From Vicugna vicugna (lineage: Eukaryota): a DNA stretch of 64,000 nucleotides. The stretch is taken from NCBI GenBank assembly GCA_013265495.1, contig MU057947.1:444048-508047 (forward strand), given 5' to 3'. Position numbers and translations under genes: made by a program. The notes beneath the pieces were generated by a model. The model was not told where the DNA came from. It saw nothing but the letters and a program-made list of their open reading frames with translations, and made no database searches. This document shows positions 61,061-64,000 of the stretch, in pieces; positions within the stretch are counted from its first letter, which is position 1, and each line of letters begins with the position of its first letter.

Positions 61061-63234
61061 TCTTTGTTCCTTGGTGGGTGATCTCCGAGATCTCCTCCGC
61101 GACGCTCCACCTCTGTGCTTGCCCGTTCCTGACACGCCTGTCCCAGGGGCCTCGGGAAAGGCAGACCTGGTGGATTTTGCCCTTGTTTGAAGCCCTGGGG
61201 CTTCTCAGGGACAAAGCCGGCCTCAAAACTTCCCCTCAGAGCCCCTGGGCCTCGCCACCTGCCTCCCTGGCTCTGCTGCCGGGCTGTTGGCCTCAGCCGC
61301 TTTCCCTCGTGCATCCTCCCCCGCCAGCTACTCATTGTCATTCGGGTCTCTGTGCGGATGGCACTTTCTTCAAACCTGTTCATGGCTCTCCCGTGGCAGC
61401 TGCCCTCCCTGCCCGGTGGCAGCCTCCCTGTGGGTCCTGCGAGGCTGCCTACTTGGCCCTGGACTTGGCGCTTGGCAGGTGGTGGCTGTGGATATTGCAG
61501 AGTCCACATGAGCAAGTGTCTCCACCAGGCCTTGTTCCCTTCTTAGCTCACTTCCTGGGGTCACCACCATGGCCTTCTCCAGGCTGGGGGTAGATGAAAC
61601 TCCGGGTGGGATTTCATCCTTGGGGCCTGGCAGAGCGTGGGGACGTCGCTGTGGGGGGCATCGGGCAGGCCTGTCACACTCACATGGCTCAGAATTCCAT
61701 CGGCTTCTTTGTGCCACGTCGTGCACGGTGGCCCCGTGTGTGTTTGGCATCGTTGCTTTCCAGGCAGTGCCTCCCCCAGCCTGTGCTCAGCCGCCCTCAC
61801 TCCCCGACGCGCTCGCCTGCCTTGAAGCCTCACTCTTCTGGCTCCCTGGTTGCTAGCCTCTATGGGCCCCTCCTGGCGTCTGTGACACCCCCATCTCGTC
61901 TGCAGCCCGCCCCTTACCTCTCCGCCCGGCCTGCCAGCCCGCGGGACCTGCCATTTCTGCCCGGGCTTCCCGGCAGCACACACCGCCCGCCTCCCTCACG
62001 GCCCAGCGCGCCCGGCCTGGGCCCGCGCTGCCCAGCACACAGTAGGCTCAGTGTTCAGCTGGTCTTTACCTTTGCCCATGGAAAGACTCTGTGCTGAGTG
62101 TCCTCGTTGTCCACAGGGAAGAAAGTTGTGCACGGTTTGTGTGGTGTCTCAGATGTCAGCTCTGGCGGGGTTGATAGAAAATTGTGTAAAAGTCGCAGCT
62201 TTTCTCTTTTGGCAGAGCGCCCGCTGGTGGAAGAGGGTGCGTTATTTCTGACTAGCGCTGGGGCTGCTAATGGGCTTAAGACCCAGAGGTGCTCGTGAAA
62301 GTACAGCCCGGCCAGGCAAGGGCCGAAGGAGCCGGGTGTGGGTACCAGGCCTGAGTCTCAGGGGAGGTGGATCAGGGAAACGGAAGTGGGTCTCATCTCT
62401 ATCCCATTTAACCAGTGAGGAAGTCTAAGCGCCACTTTGTCGGATTTCGCACTAACTGATGACCCACTGGGTGGACGCGGCTGGGACTGACACCTGCCGC
62501 TTGTTCAGGACTCAGATTTTGAACTTGCCAGTTGTTCCCATTAAGGGCAGATTGCCTCTTGCTGGTTCTTGGCATGGTTTAAAGGGGGCCTCCCTCGCTT
62601 TGTGATTGACTCGGGGTGGCCAAGGCTGGTTCTCAATGCGATGAGGCAGCCTGTGCTCCGGGCGTGCTTTTAGACCAGGTGGTCCAGGGCCATTGCCCTG
62701 TCGCTGGCCACAGGGCAGCCCGGCGGCTTCAAGCCACGCTTCTCAGTCTTCTCCGTCCAGTGCGGAGATGCCGGAGCTGAGGCCAGGGCGTGACTTGGTT
62801 CAGAGGCAGCCCTTCCAGCTCAGGCTGTGCCAGGGTTGGCCGGCAGCCCTCCCCCTCATTCCAGGCTGACAGCCTCCAAAGTGCAGGCTGTCCAGGCTGT
62901 GCTCAGAGTCTGGATGCTGGGGTGGCTTGGTGATGTGCAAGGCCTTTCCCCGGAGGAGCGAGGGGGACTGAGCTCTCCAGAGACTCGGTCCTCCCTCCCA
63001 GGTGGGGGGAATCCTCACGCCCTTGCACCCGCAGTCACCTCATCGCCTCATCCCTGGCCTGCTCTGCACACCTGACTGAGTCTGCCCAGCCCTTCCTCGG
63101 AGCAGGAGTGAGGGCTGGGGGTATGCCGTGCAGGACAGAGTTCCTTTGCAGGCTGCAGGGGTGCCTGGCCCACCCGCCCCACTCACGGCCTTTCCTGTGT
63201 TCTCCATCTGGACGCACAGAACAGCCCAGTGAGG

Positions 63235-63310
63235 TTGGTGGAGTCAGGATTATTATTCCTATTTTATTGATGAGAAACTGAGGCTGGGAAGGGAAGTGGA
63301 CATCTAACAT
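63235..63310 (-). mobile_element. MIR fragment
   Basis: attattattcctattttattgatgagaaactgaggct. Confidence 0.6.
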
Positions 63311-64000
63311 TCGACCTTTCTCCCTGTTGCATGCGTGCCGGTCTGAACCTCTGCAGCAGTGCTGGGGCTATGTCCTTTCACGGGGCTGACGTGGACAAAG
63401 CCCTCCCAGCCGCTGTCCCTTTTCCCAGCTACTCGGCAGCAGCACACACTGGCCTGGCCCCCGTGCCAGCTCTGGGCTCCGGCCTGGGCCTTGAATCCTG
63501 GGACAAGTGACAGGGAGTCGGGCAGCGGGGACTTGATGGTGGCTACAGCATCCTGTTTCCAGCGGCCGTGGTGGCCCCAGTGCCCGCTGCTTGCCTACAG
63601 TCCCCAATTGTCCCACAGGTGTTTCCTGAGGCTGGGTGTGGCTCTGGCTGGACTGTAGCCAGTCCGGGTTCCTACGGTTTTCTGAGCCTGCTTCTCCAGC
63701 CTTCCCAGAAGTTCTGGGAGTTACCTACAGGGCGGCCTTTTGGTAAATTGCTTTTGTGCTTAAATTAGCCAGTATCGGTTTCTGATGCTTGCCATCGGAG
63801 TCCTGCCTGAGACGGGCTCGGGGAGGCCTGAGCCGGGATCTGCCGAGAATCGGCCTTCAGCCGATGGGGAGGCCGCTGGACCTCTTCAGGGCACAGACAC
63901 GTGCCTTTCTGTGGGGCTGTCGGGAGGGCAGAGGGAGGGGATCGTGTGTGGTATTAGGAGCAGGCGGGAGGCACAGCGGAGGGAAGAGAGCCTGCAGGTG

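Noticed and set aside
60883..62097. 236-aa and 167-aa ORFs near the window end
   Set aside because: Partly over GC-shifted L1 remnants, with no splice-bounded recognisable coding exon.
1..64000. Assigning gene symbols to either transcription unit
   Set aside because: No coding exon was recognised, so any name would be a guess.

Overview
Mammalian genomic DNA, most likely a camelid. That call is an inference from a recalled camelid-type L1 3' end at ~44.4-44.7 kb and the lack of any recognisable Alu, B1, Bov-tA, PRE-1 or Can-SINE in 64 kb. No protein-coding exon could be confidently recognised, and the ORF track looks like GC-rich or repeat-derived noise. Layout: (i) 1-2.3 kb is repeat-free unique sequence with a cluster of minus-strand splice donors and a Kozak ATG, probably the 5' end of an unidentified minus-strand gene or lncRNA; (ii) 2.3-19.9 kb is intergenic, with old L1, L2, MIR, MaLR and DNA-transposon fossils and a perfect 4x47-bp minisatellite; (iii) ~19.9-20.6 kb is a CpG-island promoter with a non-coding first exon (donor GCG|GTGAGT at 20491/2); (iv) 20.5-64 kb is the long intronic region of that plus-strand gene. 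I found no prokaryotic system, CRISPR array or clearly novel system. The most notable signals are patches of strongly AT-to-GC shifted repeats, the MIR-derived minisatellite, and candidate alternative first exons. Repeat family names come from recalled consensus sequences and need RepeatMasker/Dfam confirmation.
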